This document shows positions 47,248 through 60,500 of a stretch of DNA of 64,000 bases, in pieces. The stretch's first letter is position 1, and each line of letters starts with the position of its first letter. This DNA is from Bispira polyomma (Eukaryota), in contig OZ287752.1 in the NCBI GenBank assembly GCA_965649765.1, positions 81,902,001 to 81,966,000 on the forward strand. Direction: 5' to 3'. The notes below the pieces were generated by a model. That model did no database searches. It was not told where the DNA came from and saw only the letters and a program-made list of their open reading frames with translations. Position numbers and translations under genes: made by a program.

Positions 47248-48779
47248 CAGTCTATGTTCTAGGACACATCATTGGTTGATTGATTTGGTTGTTGCACTTT
47301 AGAAGATGTCTCTTCTGTATTCAATCTCATGTAGCATACTTCCATCTCCATCACCTGACTATGATAATTGGCTGTAACCCAAATTCATTGGTTTCTGAAA
47401 TATATGGGCAAATGTTTTCCGCCCAAGAAACAAGCTCCAAGATCAAAGGCCATTCAGAGGCCAGACATTGCATCACTTAAACAAACTCAAAGTTTATTTT
47501 GACAAGAGGTTTACAGATCAATCTAAGACAGGCCTTATGAAAACAATCTTATGGGACAATCTAAATTACTTTTCTCTATAATCCATACTAAGATATACCT
47601 CTCCTCTGAATATACATGACTCAGCAGCTCTGTTCATAATTGTAAGTAAATGCTCATTGGGTAACGGAGTTGCTGCTAAGCTCCTATATATATGATAACA
47701 CATTGGCTACCTCTATATAAAATGACCCCAGTCAGGAATAATAGCCGAGCTACCTCCAGATACACACTTGGGTAGGATTTGGGATAGAGGTATTGGGGAA
47801 TATGCATATACTATGTGTGTAATTGTTGTAATGAATAAAGGATAGAAATGTAAAATAAATGTTTATGTTATCCACCTTCTCCGAATCTGGATTTAATTAG
47901 TAGAAGAAACGAGTGCTGAAGCCACTGTAAACCATGGCAACTACATGATTAAAACCCACATTGGTGAGAGGCCAGTAATTATAAAACAGGTGCTTCTGTC
48001 AACTAGATCACCCCAGTCCCACTTTTGCCATGGATGTTTTGAACAGTTCGATACATTTGTCGCACCTATGGAAATATGTCTGAAGTTTAACCGGCTGTTT
48101 ACAAGTGGAGATGCACACTGAAGGAACTCAGACTGTTTACCACGACTTGAAAGGGACACACAGATGTAATGAGCCTCAAACTGGAATGATGTGACCTAGG
48201 CATTAGGTCAGATTTGTAAATATTACTGTAAATTATAATGTCTCAAATATAGCTCAACAGTTTTTTTATCCAAATATTTTCCAATGTCCGTGATAATAAT
48301 TCAAATAAATTTAACTCTGTTAAAGTTCTTCTGAATACAAAAACTAATCTTGACATCAATTATACATGCTTTCAACTTTATAAGAAATATACAATTTTTT
48401 TTATTAAATCATGTATAACGGCTTGCCCAATGCATTAGATTGATGGAGTGCTGCCTTAAAAGTCTGGTAAAATTGTGCCTTTAAAACCCAGAGGCGTAAT
48501 TCACAAAATGTGTTAAGATTTCTTTCTCAGAATTGTTGCTTAGTCAAATATGGCTTCACTAAAATAAAATAAGTATGATATTAGGCATCTGGTTTTCGTT
48601 ATGCCCTAGCTACAAGATGTTTCTAAATTGGAGAGCCTTATTATTTTCCCCCATCCAAACAATGTCAGTACGTACTCAAATATGGAAACTCTACAGATCT
48701 GATTTCAAGGGATGTTAGCCATCCATTTACTGTAGACCTGAACATCACACATACCCATCTTATTGATCAGTTCTTTAAT

Positions 48780-49200
48780 GGATCGAATCTTAACTGGAAA
48801 GCCGTGATAGAATCATCAGGGTGAGCAGAGCCTAGTCCTTTCCTTTTGATCTCCCATTTGGTGTCTCACAGAACCGGTTCTGTTATAGTACCCCTTCTGT
48901 TTTCACTATACACAACTCCACTTGGAGAAGTAATATCAGCTATCATTTTTATGCAGACAATACACTAATCTACTGCTCCCTCACTCCCAAAAATTGTTCC
49001 CGCGTCCCGGAATAATTTTTTAACTTCCTGACACAAATTGAATCTTGGATGAATAGTTCTAAATTGAAATTGAACCCAGACAAAACAGAATTTCTACTTA
49101 TTGGCTGCAAAACATCAGAGGGAAAAGGTTCTACAGCTATTTCCAGCACCTCTACTTGGTAACAGCACTCTTCCTGCCGACAGTGCCAAATCATGGAAGG
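48780..49200 (+). mobile_element. CR1/L2-clade LINE reverse transcriptase fragment
   Basis: FGVSQ..GSVIVPLLFSLYTTPLG...YHFYADNTLIY...WMNSSKLKLNPDKTEFLLIG. Confidence 0.82.
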
Positions 49201-51327
49201 GACTTTTTACTATGTATATGTCAGTATCTTACAAAATTAAGACATTATCACGTGTATTTTAATTCCATGGTATTTCAATGGGATATATATTGGATATTAA
49301 CACAGTGACAAATCATGATTACTTTTATTTTATTACAAAAATAAGGTATGTGATAATTGTGCATTAAAGAACATTTACAATTAAACTGATACAGTTCCTG
49401 TGAATATACAAAATTACATATTAAATACTAAATCATTCTCTTCACTCTGGTAACACGTTCAATACATAATTACACATAACTTATTTCACAGTTTAGATGA
49501 AAAGTAAAACAATGCCAAACCAAATAAATTGAAACATTGCTCGTCCCACAATACAAAAAATAATATCATGCATCAAAATGTTTTTAGTGTTGTAATTCAT
49601 TTTATTGGAAGTACTTAAGCATATTACAATAGTAATCAAAAGCTACACCAGAGAAAAAGAAATCAACCGGAAAGTAAATGATGAGAAAAATAGATACATA
49701 CAATTATTTACATGAAGAACAATTACACTTGAAATTCATCCTCAATTAAGTATCTCTCAGGTAAATGAAGTTCTTTATTTTTCTAATCTGGTACAAAATA
49801 GCATCTGTAAATTTTACATCTAACAGCAGACTTAGTTTGTCTTAAAAGTAAATATTACTTCATTACTATATTCATTTTTACAAAACACATCATGAACAGG
49901 TCGAACAGATCTATTAAGGGAAAAATCGCACATCCCATTTTGATAAGATATGGTTTAATTATAACTCAACATTTTAGCAAAAACATTTCAGACATTCACA
50001 GATTCCTTCTTCATGTGAAACAGTTTATCGGGTACTTGCAGTTGGTCGGTGGTTTAAAGTGCATCAGCACTGGTTTTCCCCACGACTAGTCCTGGCCGTT
50101 GCAATATGATTATAGTTGTTGAAAGTGACATAAAACCCCAAATAAATAAAACAAAGAAACAAAGCTCTATTTAAATATTATAAATTTATTTTTATCGTAC
50201 TCAGAGTACAATATGCACAAGTTTAGTCTTAAAGAAGAAGAAAAATGTTTAGTTATATACAAAATATAAAGAAAACAGTCGAAAACGAAATAGTGATAAC
50301 ACACACCCATTTATGTCTAGAATCTTTAGTGCCTTTTGGTAACATTGATAAAAACACATTCGCCTTCATTTGTGGTAAAATTCTTCAGAAAAGTATTATG
50401 TTACTATGAGTTAAAACTAGTTGAAATACCAAACGTATGACCTTATAATAAATTAATAAGTAAATTCAATTACATTAAATATGGGTTTAGTAAATGTGTG
50501 ATACAGATAAATATGGAACACCAAAAACAAAGTTGTCTAGTATTATCACATCTTGCACTAATTGATGTGTAACTCTAGTCCTCTCATGCACTATCTAATA
50601 CCTCTAGTGCCCCAACTGCTAATCATTGTTAAAGTGCTGACCTGTAGATTGAGGCCATTTTTGGTGCTCCATAAGGTCCAATGGAAATTTGTTTAAGGCA
50701 GTATTTTCCACCATCATAATATCTCCTGGAAAATTCCATGAAAGAGCTACAAAAGTTTGTTTTAGTAAAAATTTCTGACTGTACAACTTTCTACAGTATA
50801 TGCATACCTTTGTTGTTACAAAAGTACACATATTTCTCCTATGTTGGCCGGCTCTTCCATGAAATTTTCCAGGCGTTGTTATCAATCTTGTAAAAAGTGC
50901 CTCGAATTACACATCAGCACTCCAATGGTGATTTCCAGTCGGCATAACAGAGTATTAAAAATGGCTACAAATTTAGGTTAGGCATTCTGACAAAGATATA
51001 TGATGTGTTGTACAGTATACCCAATATAAATTAAATATAAATAACTGTGCTAGAAAGATACTATTTTACACATATAAATTTATAGTTGAATCTATACAAT
51101 ATATACCTATACATTACGGAGTTGTACATATTTAACTATTTGTTAATATTCAATTATATGTACATGTAATTACATATTGATAAAAATACCATACATTTGT
51201 TATATTTTCAACAAAGGCAACATCATTAACATTTAGCTCAGTGTGACTGATTAATAATTGTATGATAATAATAATAAATATAATACATTTTCTACAATAT
51301 ATGTTTTTGATTAATATATATATTTCT

Positions 51328-51436
51328 GGGGCCGTATTCACGAAGGGACTTAACCAGGTCTTAGGCTTAAATCAGTATACTTTTGTGCTAGATTTAAGCC
51401 TAAGACCTGGCCAAGTCCTTTCATGAATACAGCCCC
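51328..51436. mobile_element. Hairpin MITE (PIF/Harbinger-like termini)
   Basis: GGGGCCGTATTCACGAAGGGACTTAACCAGGTCTTAGGCTTAAATC arm, inverted after a short loop. Second copy at 54220-54328. Confidence 0.8.
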
Positions 51437-52607
51437 TGTGCAAGATCGGTCATATTTGCACATATTTTTTTACTTACAGCTGAATTATGCAAAAGATACC
51501 CAAATATGATACAGAGTTTTACACACTTCATACAGCTGCACAAATTCTATTCTTTTTGCAGGTATCAATATGATATATAAATCATATCATTATATTATAT
51601 ATCATTTATTTCATATAGAATATTTTATGTAGAATGTTTCATGTATTAATTTGATATATTTCAGCTGGTCAGCGACACAATTTTCACTGAAAACCAGAGA
51701 AGGAGATTATAACTTTCTACCATTACAATACATTGATGAATATATACAACATTTTTAAACATTTGCAGAGTAGTAACATATATCTATATACCCAATAGTA
51801 AAATACACAAGCATAAATACATACTATATATATAGAGCATGACACACTGGAGTTAGCCTTGACATAACACAAACTATGAACATTATACAAATGTAACAGA
51901 AAGAGTTGTTCATTGATTTAGACTTTTTTTAAATATTGTCAATCTAAAGTACAATTTCAAGATGTAACTATCAATTAGCTAAACACATTTAAAAAAACAT
52001 TGTGCATATTTCAATTTTATATTTACATTCATTTTAATTTGTGACTTAAATCATAACTGTGTCTTCACGTAGAGTGCATTGTTGCAAATTGCATTAAATG
52101 AGTACATTATATGAAAATCCAACATTTATACATTTAAATATATATGTTGTAATGACAAATTACAACATATAATTGGCTGTATAGACAACACTATTTATTC
52201 ATACTTTACAAATTGTGCCTATTATACTATTTACAAAATACCGATATATTCACAAAATGTTAACAATGTTGGAAAGTATTATATAACAGCAAAACATCAA
52301 CAGAATAATAGCTACACCAATAATTAATATAAGTAAAGATGGAAATAGTTTAAAAATATACGTGATTAATCATATTTAATAATACTACAATTAATTTCTA
52401 CCACAAACCCCGAAAACTGCCTAACAACATTGTGCACGAAATGCTCATTTTGTAATCAAAATAAACTATACACAGATACAAATACAAAGGTTACAGACCA
52501 GCACCAGAATGAGCTGATCTGTTACAGAAGAACCTTCAGTTTGTCAGCAACTGGCTCAAAGAAACGACTACTAAAAACACTTAAGCTAAGGTTTTGCACA
52601 CATGTAT

Positions 52608-53982
52608 TGAAGAACTGACATTTTGAGGGAATATTGCCGAAATAGTGTAGCTCAGTAATGAAGAACTAACATTTTGAGGGAATATTGCCGAAATAGTGTG
52701 GCTAAGTAATGAAGAACTAACATTTTGAGGGAATATTGCCGAAATAGTGTGGCTAAGTAATGAAGAACTAACATTTTGAGGGAATATTGCCGAAATAGTG
52801 TGGCTAAGTAATGAAGAACTAACATTTTGAGGGAATATTGCCGAAATAGTGTGGCTAAGTAATGAAGAACTGACATTTTGAGGGAATATTGCCGAAATAG
52901 TGTGGCTAAGTAATGAAGAACTGACATTTTGAGGGAATATTGCCGAAATAGTGTGGCTAAGTAATGAAGAACTGACATTTTGAGGGAATATTGCCGAAAT
53001 AGTGTGGCTAAGTAATGAAGAACTAACATTTTGAGGGAATATTGCCGAAATAGTGTGGCTAAGTAATGAAGAACTAACATTTTGAGGGAATATTGCCGAA
53101 ATAGTGTGGCTAAGTAATGAAGAACTAACATTTTGAGGGAATATTGCCGAAATAGTGTGGCTAAGTAATGAAGAACTAACATTTTGAGGGAATATTGCCG
53201 AAATAGTGTGGCTAAGTAATGAAGAACTGACATTTTGAGGGAATATTGCCGAAATAGTGTGGCTAAGTAATGAAGAACTGACATTTTGAGGGAATATTGC
53301 CGAAATAGTGTGGCTAAGTAATGAAGAACTGACATTTTGAGGGAATATTGCCGAAATAGTGTGGCTAAGTAATGAAGAACTGACATTTTGAGGGAATATT
53401 GCCGAAATAGTGTGGCTAAGTAATGAAGAACTGACATTTTGAGGGAATATTGCCGAAATAGTGTGGCTAAGTAATGAAGAACTAACATTTTGAGGGAATA
53501 TTGCCGAAATAGTGTGGCTAAGTAATGAAGAACTAACATTTTGAGGGAATATTGCCGAAATAGTGTGGCTAAGTAATGAAGAACTGACATTTTGAGGGAA
53601 TATTGCCGAAATAGTGTGGCTAAGTAATGAAGAACTGACATTTTGAGGGAATATTGCCGAAATAGTGTGGCTAAGTAATGAAGAACTAACATTTTGAGGG
53701 AATATTGCCGAAATAGTGTGGCTAAGTAATGAAGAACTAACATTTTGAGGGAATATTGCCGAAATAGTGTGGCTAAGTAATGAAGAACTAACATTTTGAG
53801 GGAATATTGCCGAAATAGTGTGGCTAAGTAATGAAGAACTAACATTTTGAGGGAATATTGCCGAAATAGTGTGGCTAAGTAATGAAGAACTAACATTTTG
53901 AGGGAATATTGCCGAAATAGTGTGGCTAAGTAATGAAGAACTAACATTTTGAGGGAATATTGCCGAAATAGTGTAGCTCAGT
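52608..53982. repeat. Highly homogeneous 51-bp tandem array (about 27 units)
   Basis: Unit TGAAGAACT(A/G)ACATTTTGAGGGAATATTGCCGAAATAGTGTGGCTAAGTAA. Internal units differ at essentially one A/G site. Confidence 0.98.
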
Positions 53983-54219
53983 CTGGTGGGTAATCTTTAA
54001 ACTGTATGTTTTGGTGCACTATTAAAGTCGGGTCTACAAACACATTGGAAATATAAATTCATACAATATAATACATTTTTTTTATGAATTGGAATATTCA
54101 CTTAGATTTTAGAGATTCTGTGTACATAGAATTATTGATATTAAGATATTATTTTGAGATAAAAACTTCTACGAATATTGCATCACCTGATCAATATTAT
54201 CTTTAATTATTAATTGTCT

Positions 54220-54328
54220 GGGCCTGTATTCACAAAGGGACTTAGCCAGGTCTTAGGCCCAAATCTAGCACAAAAGTACACTGATTTAAGCCTAAGACCT
54301 GGCTAAGTCCCTTCGTGAATACGGCCCC
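54220..54328. mobile_element. Hairpin MITE, second copy in the opposite orientation
   Basis: Same arms as 51328-51436, with the loop reverse-complemented. Confidence 0.8.
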
Positions 54329-54573
54329 TAAATATTTAAGGTGTTTCCGTCTGTAAATCTTTGATACAAATTTGGACCATGTGATTGCCTAAAATGTTAT
54401 ACTGCTCCTATTTAGCATATTAATCAAGGTTCGTATAGCAACTACTATAAACTGGAACAATGATACTAATATAGATTATAAAGTTCTCCATGAAACTAAT
54501 ATAGTTTTATAAGTACTCACGAATATACATAATATTCCAATAATAAAACATCTGAAATCATAATTCCAATATT

Positions 54574-57500
54574 TTAGACCGGTGTGCCCTCTTCTTTTAC
54601 TTTATCATCTAGTCGTGGAGGTAGAACAGGTCTGTGGGGGGCTGGATTGGGTCCTGGAAGGTATTCAGGGACTTCTGATGAACCCTGGTTTTAACAAAAC
54701 AAGTAAAGTATCATAAAAAAATAAATATATAACATATATGTTAAAATATAATATAAGGCTACATGAACAATATTAAAGTGGGACTAAAATCCCAACAAAA
54801 GGGGTTCTATATTGATGTTAACTGTTAGATGTTATTGATGGCAATAAGATATTGCTATTAAAAGACTGACTAACACTATATGATAGTTTCCATCAGAAAA
54901 TTATAAGTTGTAATAATTTGTAAGATAGAAAATTATTATTTTCATTTATGTTTTTATATAATACAAGTTCAACTCACGTTGTGCCTTTTTACCTGCACAG
55001 GCAATGGTTGTGGCTGTTTAAATCTGAAACCACTTTCCATCAATGCCTTCTTCAAAGTGGCTGCCGTTTTTTCAGCATCACCAGTTTGTCTTAAAAGCCA
55101 TCCCTCGAGCATGCTGTAGATTCTGTCCCATGAATGATGTGGATTGTCCATCTCAATCTGATCCATTTGGCCCTTAAGAAGTCCCAGACGTCGACCAACC
55201 ATCTTCCAATGTACTCCAATATGGTCAGCAAGTTCACACAACACAGTTTGCTGAACAGCTAATTAAAATAACAAAACTGGAATTTGTATGGATAAAGTTT
55301 GAGGTGAAATACCCTAAGCTATAGAGAGCAAGGTTTATCGTTAAGATACTATGACCAGCTTGCCAAATTTGTAGTTGGCAAAATGTCGGTGTCAGGGTTA
55401 AGCTAGCATTTTTGTGTTTTACATATCTCAATAGACATGACTTTGCACAGTAGTATTGATACAAAGAAAAAGAAATATACTTTAGCCAGCACAATTAACT
55501 AAACACTCGTTGAAATTGTTTTCTAGAAACTGTATTAACATTTGTCACATTTGGAGACCACTTTGACCAATAGACCTGAAAGACAAATAACTGAATAAAC
55601 ATAACATTGCATACTTTCAAAGTTGGACAGATTACTTCCTTCTAATTCCAAGCTGCTGCTGCTGCTGCTGAATTTCACCTGTGAAAACATAATCACAAAA
55701 TGCTTTCTAAAGATTGTAAGTGCAATGTTACATTTCCATACATCTAATCTGTCAAATTACTGTTTTTATCTGGTATCTTCATTTTCACATGAGTAAAAAC
55801 TTGTGCACTCAATTTTTTAGGTTTTAGTTAGCAACTAAAACATTCGAAAGTGTGATACTGTAGGATATGTTTAATTTTTCAACACTATTTAGTACAAATT
55901 TGTTACCACCAAAAGTAAACTATTCATTGTGATGCTTTAAAAGAATGACAACGTCATGCCAAATGTTTTACATCTTAATCAAAACAAACCAAGCAGCCGA
56001 ACAAGAAAAATACTAACTTTACTAACCGTACAAAACTACTGAGAAATCAGCTCTTAATAGTCTCAAAATAAGATAAACATTAGCTTTAATAACTGAATGT
56101 TTTACATTATTTGTGAACATTATTTTAACATATAGTGTGTGTAATAGAATAGACAGTGAAAGCAATAGTTTGCAAAAATTCTTACATTGTGAGCATGGGT
56201 CTTTAAGTATTCTTCCAAATATGCAACTTGTTTCTGTGCAACTTCTTTGTCTGAAACGTGATCAGAACTTTACACAATAGATAAAACTGGTGTAAAATAT
56301 CACAACAACTGAGGTAAATATATACCAAACAGCAATTTTAAAAGTATATTAGGGTTACTTAGTCATCACCTGATTATATCATGAGATACTACATTTGTAG
56401 ACAAATGGTTACAGCAACACATATATTTATATATAGAAATACTCCAGTCCTCAAAAGAGGTAATGAATTAAAAACGTTATCAACCTTTTGCTTATGACAA
56501 ATATTGGTATATTATAGAATATATTATCGTATCAGATTGGTGTATTATAAAATTTGCAAATACAAAGTGATAAACTCTAAATGTGCAGTATACAATTATT
56601 TAAAGCTTCAATAGGGTTCGCAATCGTCTTGATAAGTTATTCTACATTTATAAGAAATAATTTATGATCCATAATCATCTTTGATTCAATTTTTGTCCAT
56701 TGTTTTTATTATATATCGATTTGCCTTAATAATCAATATGTGGAATAATTAACTTAATTTATTCAACATTTCGACACTTACATACACATATCACTATAGA
56801 TTCATGAAGTACCTTTTGATGGAGGTCTTACAAATAAGGATGGTACAGCCATTGTGGATGATGCTAGAGGACAACCAGCGTTAATAGCATCATTTTCTAC
56901 TGCTAGCACTTTCCGTAGGAGCCACTGTTGCACTTGACCAACATCTGATGGACAGAGATTTCTTAGGTGACAATGTGAGCAGTCTACAGTTATACTGGGT
57001 ACCAGCCCAGGCCACCAAGTCCTTATCAGTTTAAGCATTATGTTGCAAATGGTATCTGCTAATTTCCACACTCGATGAATTGGTTCAGTTTCTACCTTTC
57101 CTCTTATCATGACCTTCAAGGAGTTTTTCATTAAATGTACAAAGAGAGACAAGTTGTCCACGATTGCCCATAAACCATTTTTGAACACGATTCGTTGTTG
57201 TGTCTCCGATGCATCATAGAGATTGCGCATGACCTCTACACAAAATTGATGCCAATACGTGCTTGGAATGCTGCCTTTAAGTTGAAAGTTCAGGGCCAAT
57301 TCATCTTGGCTACAGACACACAGGTGTGGAATCTTGTCTTTTAGGTCAGTTGGAATGCTTTTTTGGTCAACAAACCAAGGAATAAACATTGATGGGTCGG
57401 CACCAGCTGGATGACCAAAGTCATATGCAATATTTAAGTGCTGGAGCAACTGGGCAACAGTTTCTGCTTCTTCATCGAAGTTCCTATTGTGAAGAAACAC

Positions 57501-60500
57501 CTTCAGTAAAGACCTGCTGACCAGACCTGTCCTTTTCACTCTTTCTAGAGAAAGTTTGTAGTTATCCTCCACATCCTCAAAAAGTTGCTTTCTTAATATC
57601 TTTACTATTTTGTGAAATGGGACTTCCAGTGCCTCATGGTGAAACAAACAACTCAACAGACCTTTGAAAAAGTCAAAGTCGAAAAAAATGTATTTTTCCA
57701 TGTGTGGGTTCCCTTGAAACCAAAGAGCCATACCATAGCTATGCAATTGCTTTAAACAAGCTTTGAGATCATCAGAAGATTCTGGATATTGCTTCAATAA
57801 TTTGGTATATAACTCAGCAGCATCGGTGAATAAAACAATCTTTTTCTGTTTTATAAGCATGGGTATCCTATCCGAAAAGCTGGCTTCTGAATAATTTGAT
57901 GCCTTTTTAATCTGGAGTTTAGATCTGTTCTGACTGGTTAATGGGTAATTTGATATACATGTATTTCCAGAAGACGTGTTTGTGGTTTTATTTGTTGTTT
58001 CATTGTTGGCATCTGTTTCCCCCTCAATGTGCATCTGATTTCCTGTATCTGCTTTTTTTTCTTCTGAATTTGCCTTTATATTAAGTTTCACTTCAATGAG
58101 TTCTGGTCCGGTCTTGTCAGATGTTGTACTTTGCTCCACCTTCTTTACAACATCTGCTATTGTACCAATTTTGCCAAATTGAGAATAGAAGTCCACATAG
58201 ATTTTAGGTATTTCAACCTGATAAATGTCCTTTTCGCTGAGATCTTCTATGTACTTGCTCAACTTTATTAAGTTCTCACAGCATGGATGATCTTGTTGCA
58301 CTGATGTAACAAATACTCTTGTTTCAAAGTTATCATACAATGATTGATAGGTTTCCATCTTGCTTCTGGTTAATGTCTCATCATCAGCAGCATAAAAATC
58401 AGCAGTGACCATTTCCAAGAGATCCATTTCATTTTTCAATCTTGCTTTTATCTGTTCAGTGAATTTTACCACCGTTTGTGGGATTTGGTCTTGATAGATT
58501 TCATCTGCTTTGGTTAACACTGGGATAACCATACACCTTGGAGACCTAGAAAGTGTTGCCTGGAGCCACTGGAAAGATACGTCATAGTTGTCAGAGGTTA
58601 CAGCATGGCAAAATAGCACTACATTCTGAGAAGAGTTATAGTGAAGAAATTGGCTGGTATAATAATACCCAGGGTGACCTCCGAGATCAAACGCCAGGAT
58701 GACCTTTCCATTCTTTAGTGTCCAACTCCATACATCAAACACTACTGTTCTATCATCTGTCCCAGTTACATGAATCCTTCCAAGTAAAATGGTTTTAATT
58801 AATGATGTTTTACCAATACCTTGGTCACCAATTGTCAGAATTCTTAAAATACACAGTGCAACAAGTTGCTGGCGTTGGTCTTCAGTCCAGTTGACCTTGC
58901 TGTCATCAGTACCTGTAGTGAGAGGGTGGAATGATTAAACATTGAAATATATGCTTTTAAAAGTGATACATTTTCAAATTTATATAATAAGGTACATATA
59001 AACTTAAAGTGTAACTATAAGCATATTACCAATAGGGATAAATAATTCTCTTATGTAAACACATTCTCTTATGTAAACAATGTAAACATGGTTTTACATA
59101 GTTTTAAGCTGGGTTTTCAATCATTGTGATAAATTATTCTACATTGAAAAAAAAGAATTTTCGATCGATACCATTATCTTTGATTTAATTTTGGAACAAA
59201 TTAAATGTCCATGCAGAAAGTACAGTCTTTCACACACAAATTGATCTAGAAGCATAAATATATATAATAATTAATCGACCTATTTTATAGATTTTTGTTT
59301 CAATATCTTTCCATCAATCTAAATACAGTATCACTTGCAACTTACATTCCTGAGTTTGCAGTATTTCTACAATATCCTTAAATCCATTTTCCACTGCATA
59401 ATCCAATGCACTCTTCCCATGGGCATCCTTTGTGTCTATTTCTGCTCCACAGTCCAAGAGAAGGGATACATTGTTGCTGTGATTGTACAATGATGCAATC
59501 ATCAATGGAGTCATCCTAAAGTATTTAAACACATACAGAATAGTGCCATGAGAATTGGTTCAGTTTAGGTGCTTTAGGGATAAAGGAAAATCACACTGAG
59601 TGACTGCTAATCAGTTAAATAGTTCACATTTTAAACCAAATATGTCCAGATTTATATTTTAAAATAAGAAAGGACATCCTGAAAAAAAGCCAATATCTGA
59701 ATTAGTTTCTTTTCACTGATAATATTAAAAAAAAATCATATTTGTATGTAATGTAAATAAACTGCTTTTAAAAGCTATATATCATAATGGAATATTTATA
59801 TAGTGCAGAATCCACTTGATAGCATCAAGTGATCGGTGTCCATAGAATGATTAAGGTCACAATATAAATAAAAAATTTAGTTTAAAGATTACAAGCTTCC
59901 TTAAAAAGGTATGCTTTAATTGTTTTCAAAGCTTTTAAAATTTGGTTTTAAAGCTATATATATTAGGCTACTTTTAGAATACATGTAAATTGTCTATTAA
60001 AAGGTTAAAAGATTAATTTTTCAAAATTTCTATACTTACTGAGATTCAGACTTTGCAGAAACATTCTTGTTATATGAGACAATGAGCTTCAGAAGGTTGT
60101 TTTGTCCTACAGCAGCCGCATAGTGCAGTGCACTATAACCTTCCTTATCAGTGTTCAAAACATCAATCTTTTTCTCAAGAAGCCATTTCACAGTTTCAAT
60201 AGTACTGTAGCCCTGCAGTGCAAACACTAGGGCATTGTTCTTATCAGTTGTTTGTGCATTAATATCAGCTTCATACTTGGCTAACAGGTCCAAGATCTGT
60301 ACTTTGCCTTTATATGCTGCATAATGGAGGGCACTAAGTCCATTTATATTACAATAGTTTACATCAATGCCTTGATCTATCAACCACTTGATGGATAAAC
60401 AGTCTCCTGAATTCATTGACACTGCCATGATGGGATTATAACCATTATTATTTATTGCCTTTATGTTTGCTCCATTTTCCTGTAATAGTTTTAAGACATC

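Larger units (their letters stand above)
37440..47890 (+). repeat. Segmental duplication, copy B (paralogous to ~13390-26100)
   Basis: Collinear with copy A, apart from copy-specific insertions and several deletions. Confidence 0.92.

Noticed and set aside
37440-47890. Copy B as an uncollapsed allelic haplotype
   Set aside because: Different upstream context, loss of most of the phosphatase, many independent TE insertions and patchy coding divergence favour a true paralogous duplication, though read depth was not available.
47941-48200. Possible retroelement coding fragment on the minus strand
   Set aside because: Too short and degenerate to assign from motifs.
52652-53947. 431-aa ORF of (MLVLHYLATLFRQYSLK)n; also a superficial CRISPR-like look
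   Set aside because: A by-product of a 51-bp unit divisible by three. There are no unique spacers or cas genes, and the upstream exon frames stop before the array.
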